From Planctomycetales bacterium (lineage in GTDB: Bacteria > 4484-113): a stretch of 64,000 nucleotides of DNA. The stretch lies in NCBI GenBank assembly GCA_037441675.1, contig JBBIRS010000009.1:1-64000 (forward strand). Direction: 5' to 3'. Within the stretch, counting starts at the first letter, position 1; each line of letters opens with the position of its first letter. The position numbers and the translations under genes are program-made. Shown here piece after piece: positions 28,673-39,376 of this stretch. Below the pieces are notes generated by a model. It was not told the DNA's origin, ran no database searches, and worked only from the letters and a program-made list of their open reading frames with translations.

Positions 28673-31555
28673 TCAACTCCGGGAAGCTGTTACTATCTCG
28701 TGGAAACGACTTGATGAATGTAACTTCTCAAACTCTGGAGCGCGAGCAATTACTTCACGAAGCTCAGGCTTCAGAGTAACCGTCCTCTCAATATACTCTA
28801 AGCTCTTTTCCGGTTCTCTCTGTCTCAAATATAGATCAGCAATACCTAGAAGAAGGTCGGTGCTTTCGGGAAATCTCTCAATTGCGGTCTTGAAAGTTTC
28901 AAAAGCTTTTTCGTACTCTTTAAGGTCAATTAAGGCGCGGGCTTTGTTGAAATAAGGTGGCTCGTAGTCAGGATCTAGTCTGATTACAGCGTCAAAGTGC
29001 TCAACCGCCTTGGCAAACTGTTCTAACTGAGCAAGAACAACCCCTTTGTTAAGGTAAGCCTTCTTGTGGTTTGGGTCGCGCTTGATACACTGCTCAAAGG
29101 AGTCGAGGCATTTTAGGTGTTCGCCCATTCCCTCCACCGCTATTCCTTTCTGATACCATACCTCCGCTAGAGATGTAGTTATCCTAAAAATCCTCTCAAT
29201 TGTTTCGTTTGCTTCCTTAAACCTTTTAAGAAAGTTAAGCGCGGTTGCCATTCTAAGAAGCACGTCCACGTTTTGTGGCTCACTTTCCAGAGCATGTTTA
29301 TAGGCTTCAACAGATTCTGACCAATCGTCAAGCTCATCCAACGCTAAACCTAACTGATACCATGCTTTTGCATCCTCCGGATTTATCTCTAGGTACTTTT
29401 TAGTCCATTCTACTTTACCCTTGAAGTCAGCAAGCTCACCGAGAAGTAGAGCTTTGCGATACCAGACCATATCAAAATTCGGATTAAGGCGAATGCTCTC
29501 ATCAAAGGCGCTTAACGCCTCATCTTTTCTTCCCATCGCCCAGAGGACTGACGCCTTGTTGTACCAAACTCTTGCATCGTTGGGCTCTTTTTCAATATAC
29601 CTTTCCAGGTATTCTAATGCTCGCTCATTTTGCCCAAGACCATGCAGGCACACCGCGTAGTTATTCCACGATTCTATATCATCAGGGAACACTTCAAGGA
29701 AGTACTCGTAAGTCTCCCTAGATTGCTCGTACATTCTAGTCATTACTTCAGCAACACCGCGATTCTTAAAGGCGAAATCATCCTCCTCGTTAAGTTCAAT
29801 TGCGCGATTGAAAAAGTCAATGGCACGATAGTCCTGGCCCATCTTTCCTAGGAGAATACCGCTGTTGTACCAAGGCTTAAAGAACCTAGGCGCTATCTCT
29901 CTAGCATTGGTAAAGCATCTTTGAGCTTGAATTTTCCTGCCTGCTTCGTATAGCGCAACTCCTAAGTTATACCAGGCAAGCTCGTTGGAGTTATTAATGG
30001 AAAGCGCCCTCTCAAGAGAGCTAATCTCTTCATCAACCTTGCCAAGCAGATGGCATGCCACGGAACGGTTATACCAAACTGAATCTAAATCGGACTTGGC
30101 CTGGAGCACCTTGTCGTACTCTTCAATCTCTTGTTCCCAATTCTCACTTTCTCTTCTTATTAGAGCTAAGATGTAATGACAAGCAAAACTGTCCTCACGT
30201 AGACGCAATGCACCGTTTAAGTATTGTTCCGCTTCTTGAAAACGTCCTTGTTGGAAGTAGCACCATCCTAATCCCAAATGGGCGTGATAATTTTCTGGGA
30301 AGAACTTTAAGATTTCCTTAAACTTCCTCTCCGCATCTTCGTAATATCCATGCTTTAAGTCGTGAAAAGTGTGATTAACAAGTTTTCTCTCCGCATCCTT
30401 TGCGGCTTTCTCCTTGTCCTCCTTTTTCTTAAATATTCCACGAGTCTCACGGTTCCACTGGTCAATAATCGCATCGTAACTAGCAACTAAAAAGCCCTCA
30501 TCCAGGACATCCCTCTCCACTAAATCTTTGAGCTCGGGGGTCACTGGTCCTTCCCTTCGCCTTATCTCGCCATAGGGAACAATGTTGAACCTCTGGAAAG
30601 ACATTGATAACTCTTCCTCAATGGAGGGGAAGTTCAAATCTTCCGCTAACTGCTCAAAGAGTAGGTCGCTTTCCTCAATTTCAAATAACTTAAACGGTTT
30701 ATTTCGTTCAACTCCTACTGCCAATAGATCAGTTACCGCCTCAGGAACTTGCTTAATATTTCCCTTGTAAATCCAGAGCAAGCCCTTATTGAGAACATCA
30801 TCGTAATCGTAGGCTAATTCCATAAGCGTGTTCATCACGCTGTACTCAGTTCCGCTGTAACCAATCACGCAAAGACCGCTGTTTGCCAGTGAATTGCGCA
30901 GGAACGCTTTTAGGTCATCGTGATGCTTAGCCATACCCTCGCGTATGTACCGAACGTCATACCTATCCCAGTCACCGTGGATCTTGATTACGTATCGCCC
31001 CGTGCCAAGTTTTACAAACTTAAGGTCATCAATGTTCTTGATTGAGATGCAGTTTGTGCCCCTAAGAATATAGTATGCATCTTCAACTAAATTGTCCCAG
31101 TTGGTTGTATAGCAGATTGGATGGAAATGCCCATACTTGACGCCAATAACGTAATACAAATGGCTTGGGGAAGGTTGTTTGCCCTTCAGAAGTCCTTTGA
31201 AAAACTCGCTTCTTAGGATAACTGAAGGGTATTCCTTCTCAAGCGCGCTAATATACTTGAAGTTAGGATTGAACCATTTCTGGCGTGAGACCCATTCCCT
31301 CAAATCATCGGCGGTGACCTGACCCCTTTTCGCTGGATTACTTTTCTCGTAAACCTTCACGATGATGTAGTCAACTATTTCTTGGGCTAATGGCACACCA
31401 GCAGACGCGGAAACGCCAGCTCCAAAAAAAATTTGGAATTCCTTGGCAGATCTCTTCAATAGCTCATATCCCTCTTCAAAAGGGATGATGCACTCATTCA
31501 AGACTTCCCGTCTGTCCCGCTGTTCAACCGCCTTGATTCTTCTACGGATTGACAT
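28673..31555 (-). CDS. SIR2-like domain fused to a long TPR array
   Basis: FFGAGVSASAGVP; TTNWD; KIHGD; IGYSG; then roughly 15 TPR units of the AWYNLG..ALE type. Confidence 0.88.
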   Translation of the reverse strand: MSIRRRIKAVEQRDRREVLNECIIPFEEGYELLKRSAKEFQIFFGAGVSASAGVPLAQEIVDYIIVKVYEKSNPAKRGQVTADDLREWVSRQKWFNPNFKYISALEKEYPSVILRSEFFKGLLKGKQPSPSHLYYVIGVKYGHFHPICYTTNWDNLVEDAYYILRGTNCISIKNIDDLKFVKLGTGRYVIKIHGDWDRYDVRYIREGMAKHHDDLKAFLRNSLANSGLCVIGYSGTEYSVMNTLMELAYDYDDVLNKGLLWIYKGNIKQVPEAVTDLLAVGVERNKPFKLFEIEESDLLFEQLAEDLNFPSIEEELSMSFQRFNIVPYGEIRRREGPVTPELKDLVERDVLDEGFLVASYDAIIDQWNRETRGIFKKKEDKEKAAKDAERKLVNHTFHDLKHGYYEDAERKFKEILKFFPENYHAHLGLGWCYFQQGRFQEAEQYLNGALRLREDSFACHYILALIRRESENWEQEIEEYDKVLQAKSDLDSVWYNRSVACHLLGKVDEEISSLERALSINNSNELAWYNLGVALYEAGRKIQAQRCFTNAREIAPRFFKPWYNSGILLGKMGQDYRAIDFFNRAIELNEEDDFAFKNRGVAEVMTRMYEQSRETYEYFLEVFPDDIESWNNYAVCLHGLGQNERALEYLERYIEKEPNDARVWYNKASVLWAMGRKDEALSAFDESIRLNPNFDMVWYRKALLLGELADFKGKVEWTKKYLEINPEDAKAWYQLGLALDELDDWSESVEAYKHALESEPQNVDVLLRMATALNFLKRFKEANETIERIFRITTSLAEVWYQKGIAVEGMGEHLKCLDSFEQCIKRDPNHKKAYLNKGVVLAQLEQFAKAVEHFDAVIRLDPDYEPPYFNKARALIDLKEYEKAFETFKTAIERFPESTDLLLGIADLYLRQREPEKSLEYIERTVTLKPELREVIARAPEFEKLHSSSRFHEIVTASRS

Positions 31556-31789
31556 ATCTTTTTTGTCTCCCGAGGTAAATCTTTACTGACTTTGAATTAT
31601 ACACATTTATTATCCTTTATAGCAACATTTACATAAGATTGCCTGAGCAATGGCTAAACCTTCTAGGAGACTTCGAATAGCAGAGAAGAGCAATGGTAAG
31701 GTAAGGTGTGAATTCCCAATTGTCGCTATCAAAACTCAACTTATGAAGATTTGCCTAAGTTGAGACTAGCTAAAAGCCCCAAAGGAGTG

Positions 31790-31818
31790 TTGACTTGAGT
31801 TGCTTACTCCCTTATACT
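31790..31818 (+). promoter_or_regulatory. Sigma70-type promoter upstream of the Wzy/O-antigen ligase gene
   Basis: TTGACT-17-TATACT. Confidence 0.55.
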
Positions 31819-31916
31819 TCCAGGAGCGGGGTGAATCAACGGATTGAACCACAGGCTCGTGCTGTTGGTAGTAATTTCCAAATTTTCCCCCGCGTAGGTT
31901 CCCAAAGGGAGGTCTT

Positions 31917-33200
31917 TTGAACACGCTCTCAGAGTCTTCTCTTTCTAGGAAAAGTGGTACTCATTCAGCGGGTAACACGCTAGCTTGTGTCTTCGTAATT
32001 TCAACACTAATTGCCTTCTATATAGAAGGTCCATTTGTTGTAAGAATAGCTAACCAATTTGCTCTTACCCCATTTGACATCCTTATGCCGATTCTATTTA
32101 TTTTGTGGGTTTGGTATGCCAGCACCCACAAACTAAAATTCTCAAAAAGCTTCATACTCATTCTTTCTGTATTTCTCATCTTTTGCGCGCTGATTGCGCT
32201 TGGTTTCTTCCGTTCACCTCAGCCAGTTAGGGGATTTACCGAGTTTCTACTCATGATGAGGAACCTGTTATTGTTCCTGATGATTGGAAGTTTGATTAGA
32301 GAGATAAGGGATATGGAGTCCCTTAACAGGAGTATTTTTTATCTTGGAGTCTTCTTTGCGATTTTAGCACTTTTTATTTACCGACTTACGCTAGCGGAGT
32401 TCCAGCATTTTGCCATAAGTGCTGACACTGAATTCCAAAGCGCCTTTTATTGGATGAATCCGGGAGACTTAAGGCGGGTTTCAGGTTTCGCTGGAGATCC
32501 TGTTCGGTATGCTGCAATCAGCATAATTCCCCTCTTCTGTGGATTGAGTCTAAAAAGAATCAAGCCTTGGGCGAAATATCTAGGCATTCTTATTATAACT
32601 GTCAGTTTATTTCTAACTCTTACCAGGGGTTTTTATGTCGCATTCCTATTAGGAACGCTAGCAATTTTACTTTTACATCGGAGAACTTTAAGCCACCTGC
32701 GATACCTGAAGCCCCTCATAATGATAACGCCTGTCATCATTCTTGTTGGGGTATTGCCTTTGATAATGTCCAAATCTCCGCTTTCGGTAATACAAGCTAG
32801 ATTTGAGCGATATACAGAAGACCCACGCCATCGCGCTTGGGGAACCGCAATGAGCTCTCTTAGCAACCCCATTATAGGAGATGGCTTGCGAGCCCATGAG
32901 GAAAGATTAATTGGCTTAGAGGGGATTTCTATATGGTTAGACAACACATATCTTCTGGTAATTATTGAGACAGGATTCCTGGGTCTTTCAGTGTTTTTGT
33001 TTCTCTTAGCTCTAATCATAATCAAAGGGTTGTTCTACAATTTACCTGAAGAGATCCTGCCATTCACCCATGCCCTAACAACCTTTACCATTATGCAGAT
33101 CTTCTACTCCTATTCGTATACGCCATATCTGTGGTTAATGGCGTCAGTCATAAGTGGTAGTGAAGCAAGACTTGCAATGGAGAATCGCAAAAATAATTGA
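31917..33200 (+). CDS. O-antigen ligase/Wzy-family membrane protein
   Basis: Many TM helices; RVSGFAGDP; LTLTRG; NPIIGDG; DNTYL..IIETGFLG. Confidence 0.8.
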   Translation: MNTLSESSLSRKSGTHSAGNTLACVFVISTLIAFYIEGPFVVRIANQFALTPFDILMPILFILWVWYASTHKLKFSKSFILILSVFLIFCALIALGFFRSPQPVRGFTEFLLMMRNLLLFLMIGSLIREIRDMESLNRSIFYLGVFFAILALFIYRLTLAEFQHFAISADTEFQSAFYWMNPGDLRRVSGFAGDPVRYAAISIIPLFCGLSLKRIKPWAKYLGILIITVSLFLTLTRGFYVAFLLGTLAILLLHRRTLSHLRYLKPLIMITPVIILVGVLPLIMSKSPLSVIQARFERYTEDPRHRAWGTAMSSLSNPIIGDGLRAHEERLIGLEGISIWLDNTYLLVIIETGFLGLSVFLFLLALIIIKGLFYNLPEEILPFTHALTTFTIMQIFYSYSYTPYLWLMASVISGSEARLAMENRKNN

Positions 33201-33207
33201 GGAGAAC

Positions 33208-35556
33208 TTAACTTATAAAGACAACGCCCAATACGTCAACTCCATACTGCCTGCAGAGATTAGTGATTTTCGTCAATGAATCAAGAGTGCTTGCATCTCT
33301 TTGAAAACCGAGAACTACACTCCCAACAGCTTCTGCGGAGACCAAACGGTAACTTTCTAGAGTAATTGGGGCGAGCTTGACGATAACCCACTCAAATTGG
33401 TTTGTAAAATGAGCGAGAATTTGCCTAAATTCGCCTTTAAGAAAGAGAATTCCAGGCTCCACCGAACCCACTCCCCTTTCAATTACCCAAAGATTTGACT
33501 TTAGAAGACTTGGGGCAATTTCATCCAATCTATCTCTAGCTTCTAGGATTTCGGCGAGCCCAGGAGTAGTGGCAGAAGGTTTCTGAGAAAAATCGCAGTC
33601 CAAGAGGAGAGTTCGCAGACCTTTAGAAGCGAGAAACTCGCAAAAGCCAAGCGCTAATGGGGGTTGAGGACTTACAGAGTCATCAAAGCTAAAGGCTAGC
33701 AATTTCGGGCTATCACCTCTGAGCTCAACGAGAGCCCTTATAGACTTATATACATTCTCAGCACCGAGCAAATCAGCCCGGCCAGGTTCATAGCCACGTC
33801 CAAAGCTAATCTCGCCAAGTACCCTTAAACCCATTTGCTCAATCTGGCTTACCCATAGTAACTTTCTAGTAGATAAGGAATAAAGAAATGTAACAATTAC
33901 ACCAAATAACAATCCGATGAACGCCCCGCCGGCTAAATACAAGGGGTAATTGGGTTTAACAGGCATCCAAGGTTCGCTTGGCGGGTCAAGGATTTCCGCA
34001 TCACTTACAATGCTATTAAGCACGATATTCGCCTCCGCCTCCCTCTTCTTTAGGTATGCGAAAGTCTCCTGGTTTGCTGAAACTTCAAGAGTAAGCTGAG
34101 CTAGCTCTGACTCCAGACGAGGCAAGCGGAGGAGTTCATCCTTTAGTTCGCTGATTTTAGCGTCAAGTTCCGAGAGCTTTTTTCCCGTTCTTTGATAATC
34201 GGACTTTAGGACTGTAATCGCCTGTTTGCTTAACGTGTCAATCTGCTCATTTAACTGCACTATATCGGGATGAGTAGGCTTTTTATAAAGAAGTTGAGCC
34301 TCTCTGCTCTGGATAAGCTGGGCAAGTTTCCCGAGAATTCCAGTCCCCTCAACCTCTACCGTCTGTGGTAACGCAAGGAACCTTGCAGAGTACTCTGGCT
34401 TGCCTTTCTCCAGTCCGCTTAGAACGAATTTAATCGTCTTTGAATAAATCTCGGAACTATTCCTGCTAGCTTCCATACTGGTTAACTGCTCCATTATGGC
34501 TTGAGCTTCAGCTCCTAGATCAAAAACTCCGAACCGTTCCTGAAATTCATCAACCTTTCTCTGCGATGCCTCTAGTTTAGCCTCAACATCTCGTGTTTCG
34601 TCTCTTATAAAGTTCAACGCTTGCTGGGTATCCCTGGCTTTAAGCTCTCTATTCAAGCTCTGGTAAATTTCTAACAACTTGCCAAGCAGGCTTTCTGCAA
34701 GTGTTGGATTCCTGTGGCGCAAAGAGACTAGAATATGATTCGCATCAAGCGCAGCTCGGTGAACTCGGAGGTTTTTCGCAACCAAGTCCGTCTCTCTATC
34801 TTTATTAAATATTTTTATCTTAAATCTATCTCCGATTTCCGCCGCTGGGGATTTTTGGAAAATAATCTTTGCCCTGCCTAGGTCAATCATTGATCCAAAT
34901 TTTCCCTCCAGCTCAGTCTCTAGACTGTCTCCAGTAATTCTGAATCTATCTTCACCTACGATTTGCATTTGATACTTTATGGTTTCACTGTAAGGGATTG
35001 AAGCAACTTGAGCGTAGGAAACACGAACTTTGTTGAGCAAATCGCTCCTTTCGTACTCTTTTTTTGATGGCAAAAAGAATGACTTGAGAAGTGTGAGCAC
35101 TTTTCTTGGGAAAGTAAGAATCCTTCCTGTAATTGACACCGGATTATCCAAATCTTCTATTTGAACCTGCAGGTATCCGCTCTCAACAAGCTTTGTGACG
35201 AGGGTTCTGCTTCTTAGGAACTCAATTTGGCTTCCTACTTCGCTATATCCAAACATCCGTTGAAGAATAGGGACTTGCCCAATAGCGAGCCTTGATTCTT
35301 CTACATTCTCCGGCTGCACAATGAGCCTCGCGGAAGATTCATAAACTGGTGGAACGATAAGTGTATAAAGCAAAACCAAGAGAAAGAATGGTATTGCGAT
35401 TCTGTAGATGTATCGTTTTCGTTGTTTAAGTAGAGCGATAAAATTCAAAAAATTCCAGCCATCATCTGACTCGGTGGAGTATAAGGAGAAATCTTTTTCC
35501 ACCTGGGAGTTTTTTCTATTTACACTACTTGCAGGAGCTTTCTTTTCACTATCCAT
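33208..35556 (-). CDS. Wzc/GumC-like polysaccharide co-polymerase with a degenerate kinase domain
   Basis: Wzz-type N-terminus (PPVYESSA..QIEFLRSR); coiled coil with HPD; DPP..P..PVKP; LLLDCD retained but no Walker A. Confidence 0.85.
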   Translation of the reverse strand: MDSEKKAPASSVNRKNSQVEKDFSLYSTESDDGWNFLNFIALLKQRKRYIYRIAIPFFLLVLLYTLIVPPVYESSARLIVQPENVEESRLAIGQVPILQRMFGYSEVGSQIEFLRSRTLVTKLVESGYLQVQIEDLDNPVSITGRILTFPRKVLTLLKSFFLPSKKEYERSDLLNKVRVSYAQVASIPYSETIKYQMQIVGEDRFRITGDSLETELEGKFGSMIDLGRAKIIFQKSPAAEIGDRFKIKIFNKDRETDLVAKNLRVHRAALDANHILVSLRHRNPTLAESLLGKLLEIYQSLNRELKARDTQQALNFIRDETRDVEAKLEASQRKVDEFQERFGVFDLGAEAQAIMEQLTSMEASRNSSEIYSKTIKFVLSGLEKGKPEYSARFLALPQTVEVEGTGILGKLAQLIQSREAQLLYKKPTHPDIVQLNEQIDTLSKQAITVLKSDYQRTGKKLSELDAKISELKDELLRLPRLESELAQLTLEVSANQETFAYLKKREAEANIVLNSIVSDAEILDPPSEPWMPVKPNYPLYLAGGAFIGLLFGVIVTFLYSLSTRKLLWVSQIEQMGLRVLGEISFGRGYEPGRADLLGAENVYKSIRALVELRGDSPKLLAFSFDDSVSPQPPLALGFCEFLASKGLRTLLLDCDFSQKPSATTPGLAEILEARDRLDEIAPSLLKSNLWVIERGVGSVEPGILFLKGEFRQILAHFTNQFEWVIVKLAPITLESYRLVSAEAVGSVVLGFQRDASTLDSLTKITNLCRQYGVDVLGVVFIS

Positions 35557-36018
35557 AGAATTAAAATTTTTAACTTTAGCAGAACACTAACTGGGTCGGT
35601 TTGGTGTAACTTGCGAATTTCCTTTCCTCTAACGCGCCAAAGTATATCATACAATCAAGCTGAAAGTGTTTAAAAAAAATTCTCTTTGATGACTTCTTTT
35701 TTTGAATTTCGATTCTATTTTTAATATGACCAATTAAGCCCGCTTGAACTTTGAAGTCTACAGATTATCCAGTGGAAAACATTTAGAGAATTTCCATGAA
35801 GATTTATAAGTCAGATTGAAGCGAGATCAACTGAATCCTACTCAACTGCGTCCATTCTTGAATTCAAATCAAAAATTAATTATCTTACCTATAGTTGTTA
35901 AAATCTAGTGAAGCTTGCCCTATCAAGGCAAAACCTTAAACTCACTATTAAGGATTGCTAATAAAGAAGAATTATGTTATAAGAAATAGTTTATTTAATA
36001 AAAATGGAGTGACAACTT

Positions 36019-36387
36019 GTGAATAACGCGCAAAATAAGCATTATGAAGCAATGGTAGTGATAAATCCCGATTTGACTGAAGAGGAGTGCGATGAATTAT
36101 TAACAAGCCTCCACCAAAATATTGAAAACGCTGGTGGCAGAGTTTTAAGTAGCGCACGTTGGCGCAAGAGAAGGCTCGCATATCCTATCAAGAAGTTCAA
36201 TGAAGGATACTATGGAATATTTGAATTTTTAACTAACAAGAGCTTGCTTTCAGAGTTTGACTATCTTTTAAGGTATAACAGCAATATTCTTAGGTATCTG
36301 ATAATCGGGGTTGATGAGCGTAAAAGAATTAAAGCAAACAACAGAGGTAGCAGGGAAAAGAAGATGAAGGAGGACGTAGCAGTATGA
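36019..36387 (+). CDS. rpsF: 30S ribosomal protein S6
   Basis: [25 protein letters not shown]. Confidence 0.95.
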   Translation: MNNAQNKHYEAMVVINPDLTEEECDELLTSLHQNIENAGGRVLSSARWRKRRLAYPIKKFNEGYYGIFEFLTNKSLLSEFDYLLRYNSNILRYLIIGVDERKRIKANNRGSREKKMKEDVAV

Positions 36388-36617
36388 ACAGATTGCCAAT
36401 ACGCGGAACAAGGCGAGTAAAAGTATGTGCCTTTTGTGCCCAGCCTAATTTACCCCTTGATTACAAGGCGGTGGCTCTTATCTCAAAGTTTTTAACTGAG
36501 AGAGGCAAGATAGTTCCCAGAAGGCGTTCTGGGCTATGCGCAATTCATCAGAGAAGGCTCGCCAGAGAGATTAAGCTGGCGCGCTTTATGGCTCTTCTGC
36601 CCTTCTCAAAGCGTTAG
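36384..36617 (+). CDS. rpsR: 30S ribosomal protein S18 (Zn-motif form)
   Basis: [30 protein letters not shown]. Confidence 0.96.
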   Translation: MNRLPIRGTRRVKVCAFCAQPNLPLDYKAVALISKFLTERGKIVPRRRSGLCAIHQRRLAREIKLARFMALLPFSKR

Positions 36618-36629
36618 GAGGATAAAACT

Positions 36630-37244
36630 GTGCAGATTATTCTTTTAGATGACGTTCCAGGTCTTGGGCTTGCGGGAGAAATTGTCAAGGTGAAAGACGG
36701 GTATGCCCGCAATTATCTTCTTCCACAAGGTTTAGCTGAAAAACTGACTGCAGCTGTCTTTAATCGCATTGAACAGATCAAAAGAGTGGGAGAGGCAAGA
36801 AGAATTAAGCGCATTGAGGATGCCAAGGATAAAATCAAAGCCCTAGACGGAAAGAAACTTCTTATACCTATGAAGGCAGGCGCGGAGAATAAGCTCTTTG
36901 GTGCGGTCACAACTATTCTCATATCAGAAAGGATACGTGAAGAGTTTGGATTTGAGTTGGATAGGAGGTTCATCCTTCTTTCTGAGCCGATTAAGTACCT
37001 CGGAGAATTTCAAGTGCCTTTAAGAGCTAGTGATGAGGCTATTGGAAAGCTTACACTTCTTGTCGTAGATGAAGCTATATTCCTTGCCCAAGGAGCTGAG
37101 GCAGCACTTGCGCAAATCCGTGGTGAGGAAATTCCGATTGGTAAAGGCATAACTGAAGCCAAAGATGAAACCACTGAATCCGATGCGGCTGAGAGAGAAG
37201 TTTCATCAGCTCTTGAAACTGCCTCAGCTGATGAAACTGCCTAA
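36630..37244 (+). CDS. rplI: 50S ribosomal protein L9 with an acidic C-terminal extension
   Basis: LG.AGEIVKVKDGYARNYLLPQG; KLFGAVT; PIKYLG. Confidence 0.96.
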   Translation: MQIILLDDVPGLGLAGEIVKVKDGYARNYLLPQGLAEKLTAAVFNRIEQIKRVGEARRIKRIEDAKDKIKALDGKKLLIPMKAGAENKLFGAVTTILISERIREEFGFELDRRFILLSEPIKYLGEFQVPLRASDEAIGKLTLLVVDEAIFLAQGAEAALAQIRGEEIPIGKGITEAKDETTESDAAEREVSSALETASADETA

Positions 37245-37329
37245 ACTTTACACTTTCCTGTATCAAGCCCCACGCGTGAATTTCATTCAAACTCATTTAG
37301 ATTTTCCTTCTGATGTTAAAAGCTCTTCC

Positions 37330-38601
37330 TTAATCAGCATTGTTACTTGAGCGTTTCTTTACACCCTCGGCGAGATTTCTTATTAGCTCCTCAGAGAATT
37401 CCGCATGGAACCTCTTAGGTATAACCACTTTCAACTCGGGGGTTATCTGCTCAATGGTAACTCTCTCTGCGGTCAAATGAAAGTTTTCTCCAATAATATC
37501 AGCATTACCAACCAACTGAACAGGTCCCTGTAGCCCGGCGGATTCTACTCTATCTGCAGAAAAATCCATCCTCCCCCCCTTTTGGTCCACAAAGTAACCC
37601 TTAACTGGCTTTATGCCATTTCCAGTCATTATGAGGCTATCAAGCGCCAAATCTCTTGTTTCGGCTGAAGCGTTAGTATGTGGAATACTCAATCTTGCAG
37701 TTAGCTTGAATGCGGATAACTCTAGAAAGACGTGGGAAACTCTTACATCAGTTAGGTTCAGCTCAAGAGCGTTTATCCCATCTCCCAATTCCAATTTACC
37801 ACTGAGGACGTTACAAAAAAGTTCCACCTTACTTTTCTTTGTATTCTCACTTGTGGTATAGGCGCTAGCAGAATCCGTTGTTCCATAAATGTTGTCGCTA
37901 GTAAAGTTTACATTGGTATTCTCTATCAAAGGCATCAGAGCAAAATCTTTGGGGACTCCCAAAAGCTCCTCCGCAAACTCTAGAGATACATTATTTTCTG
38001 CGAGAAATGTATTCTCCTGGAATTTGTACTCGAAGTAGCCAGCACTAAGTTTGTTTTTTTCCTCCCAGGTGACCTCTACGTTTCCCAAGAGAACAGCCTT
38101 GTACGGTTCACGGGTGTCCTTGAGGTAGTAAAGTGTTGCACTTGAGCCTTTCGCTTCAATGCCGCGTAATTTGGAAGAAAAAGTGAACTCTTCGGGAATT
38201 ATAATTTCACCTGAATGACCATCAAGAATTGCCCTTTGACATCTGAGGATTCCCTCGTTACTTGAGAGCATTACTCCACCCTGAAGTTCCGCTAGTTCTT
38301 CTTCTGTATCAACTTTCGCGTTATCTACGGTGAGTTCAACACCAGAGTACTCAAGGATAGCATCCTTCAATAGTAGAATCTTCCGCATACCCTCAATGAT
38401 AATTTCGGCACTACTGCTACGCTTAATGAGAAGAAAACTGTCGCCCAGAGATGAAGATTGCGCCAAGGAAGGATCGCCATCAAGGCACAAGAAAAGAATG
38501 AGAAGTATAACGGCTGCCTTTTTCCCCATAAACGAGAAACCTCGCGCAAGAGAGACTGACACGGAGAAGATAAGAGATGTATTAGCACAATGTTTCTTCA
38601 A
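37330..38601 (-). CDS. OstA/LptA-like beta-jellyroll exported protein
   Basis: Repeated beta motifs (AELQGGV, VLLGNVEV, LAENNV, LVGNADI); N-terminal signal. Confidence 0.5.
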   Translation of the reverse strand: MKKHCANTSLIFSVSVSLARGFSFMGKKAAVILLILFLCLDGDPSLAQSSSLGDSFLLIKRSSSAEIIIEGMRKILLLKDAILEYSGVELTVDNAKVDTEEELAELQGGVMLSSNEGILRCQRAILDGHSGEIIIPEEFTFSSKLRGIEAKGSSATLYYLKDTREPYKAVLLGNVEVTWEEKNKLSAGYFEYKFQENTFLAENNVSLEFAEELLGVPKDFALMPLIENTNVNFTSDNIYGTTDSASAYTTSENTKKSKVELFCNVLSGKLELGDGINALELNLTDVRVSHVFLELSAFKLTARLSIPHTNASAETRDLALDSLIMTGNGIKPVKGYFVDQKGGRMDFSADRVESAGLQGPVQLVGNADIIGENFHLTAERVTIEQITPELKVVIPKRFHAEFSEELIRNLAEGVKKRSSNNAD

Positions 38602-38645
38602 CTTGGAAACTTCCAGGCATTATAATTTTATCGCATAAAAGTAAG

Positions 38646-39176
38646 CTAGTTCATCAAAACGCTAGCATCAAGTGGGACGTAGTAATCAGCGGCGTCCCGT
38701 AAAACTTCAGCGGTTGATGCGGGAAAGGAGTAAACCTCAACCTTTGCACCGAGAGCCTTTAGCTTCTCCACAAGAACTGCGAAATCTCCATCACCCGAAA
38801 CTAGCGCGACCACATCAGCCCTAGACGCTATGTTTATTGAATCTATGGCAATTCCCATATCCCAGTCACCCTTGCTTGTCCCATCCGGGCGGATCCTCAA
38901 CGGTTTTTTCTTTACTTCCACTCCAATCTTGTCCAGAAACTCTAAAAACTTAGACTGATCAACATCAGGGGATTGGACAATGTACGCGATTGCTCTCACT
39001 ATTTTTCTTCCTGCCACGATTCTTTTAAGAAGTTCTTCGAAGTCCAGCTTCTTCCCAAAGATATTCATTGCGGAGTAGAACATATTCTGAACATCAATAA
39101 AAATGGCGATACGCTGGTCTTCATACACAGATTTTAGGAAATTAGTCTGTTTTTCATTCACTTTCTTTTGTTCCAT
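38646..39176 (-). CDS. NYN domain protein (LabA/DUF88)
   Basis: IFIDVQN; KGDWDMGIAID; SGDGDF. Confidence 0.92.
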   Translation of the reverse strand: MEQKKVNEKQTNFLKSVYEDQRIAIFIDVQNMFYSAMNIFGKKLDFEELLKRIVAGRKIVRAIAYIVQSPDVDQSKFLEFLDKIGVEVKKKPLRIRPDGTSKGDWDMGIAIDSINIASRADVVALVSGDGDFAVLVEKLKALGAKVEVYSFPASTAEVLRDAADYYVPLDASVLMN

Positions 39177-39376
39177 TCGTAACTCCTAGAAATTGATAAT
39201 TAAACGCAATTCCAATATTTGGAAGAAAAATCCTATTTCTTCTATTAAAAACTATTTTACTAATTTACAGATGATAAAAATCAAAAACTATGACTGAAAT
39301 ACATTTACCACTAAAGTATGAGTGTAAGGGCTTTTCTAAGAGCTATGGTAATCAGCCTTTCCTTAGACATTCTAAC

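Noticed and set aside
11198..31555. SIR2-HerA defence system from the two genes
   Set aside because: They are about 16 kb apart in different operons, and this HerA has a NurA-like partner.
35910..35935. TTGCCC hairpin as an S6:S18 autoregulatory leader
   Set aside because: Short stem about 90 nt from the start; cannot be supported by eye.
36019..36617. No ssb between rpsF and rpsR
   Set aside because: True, but a common gene-order variant.
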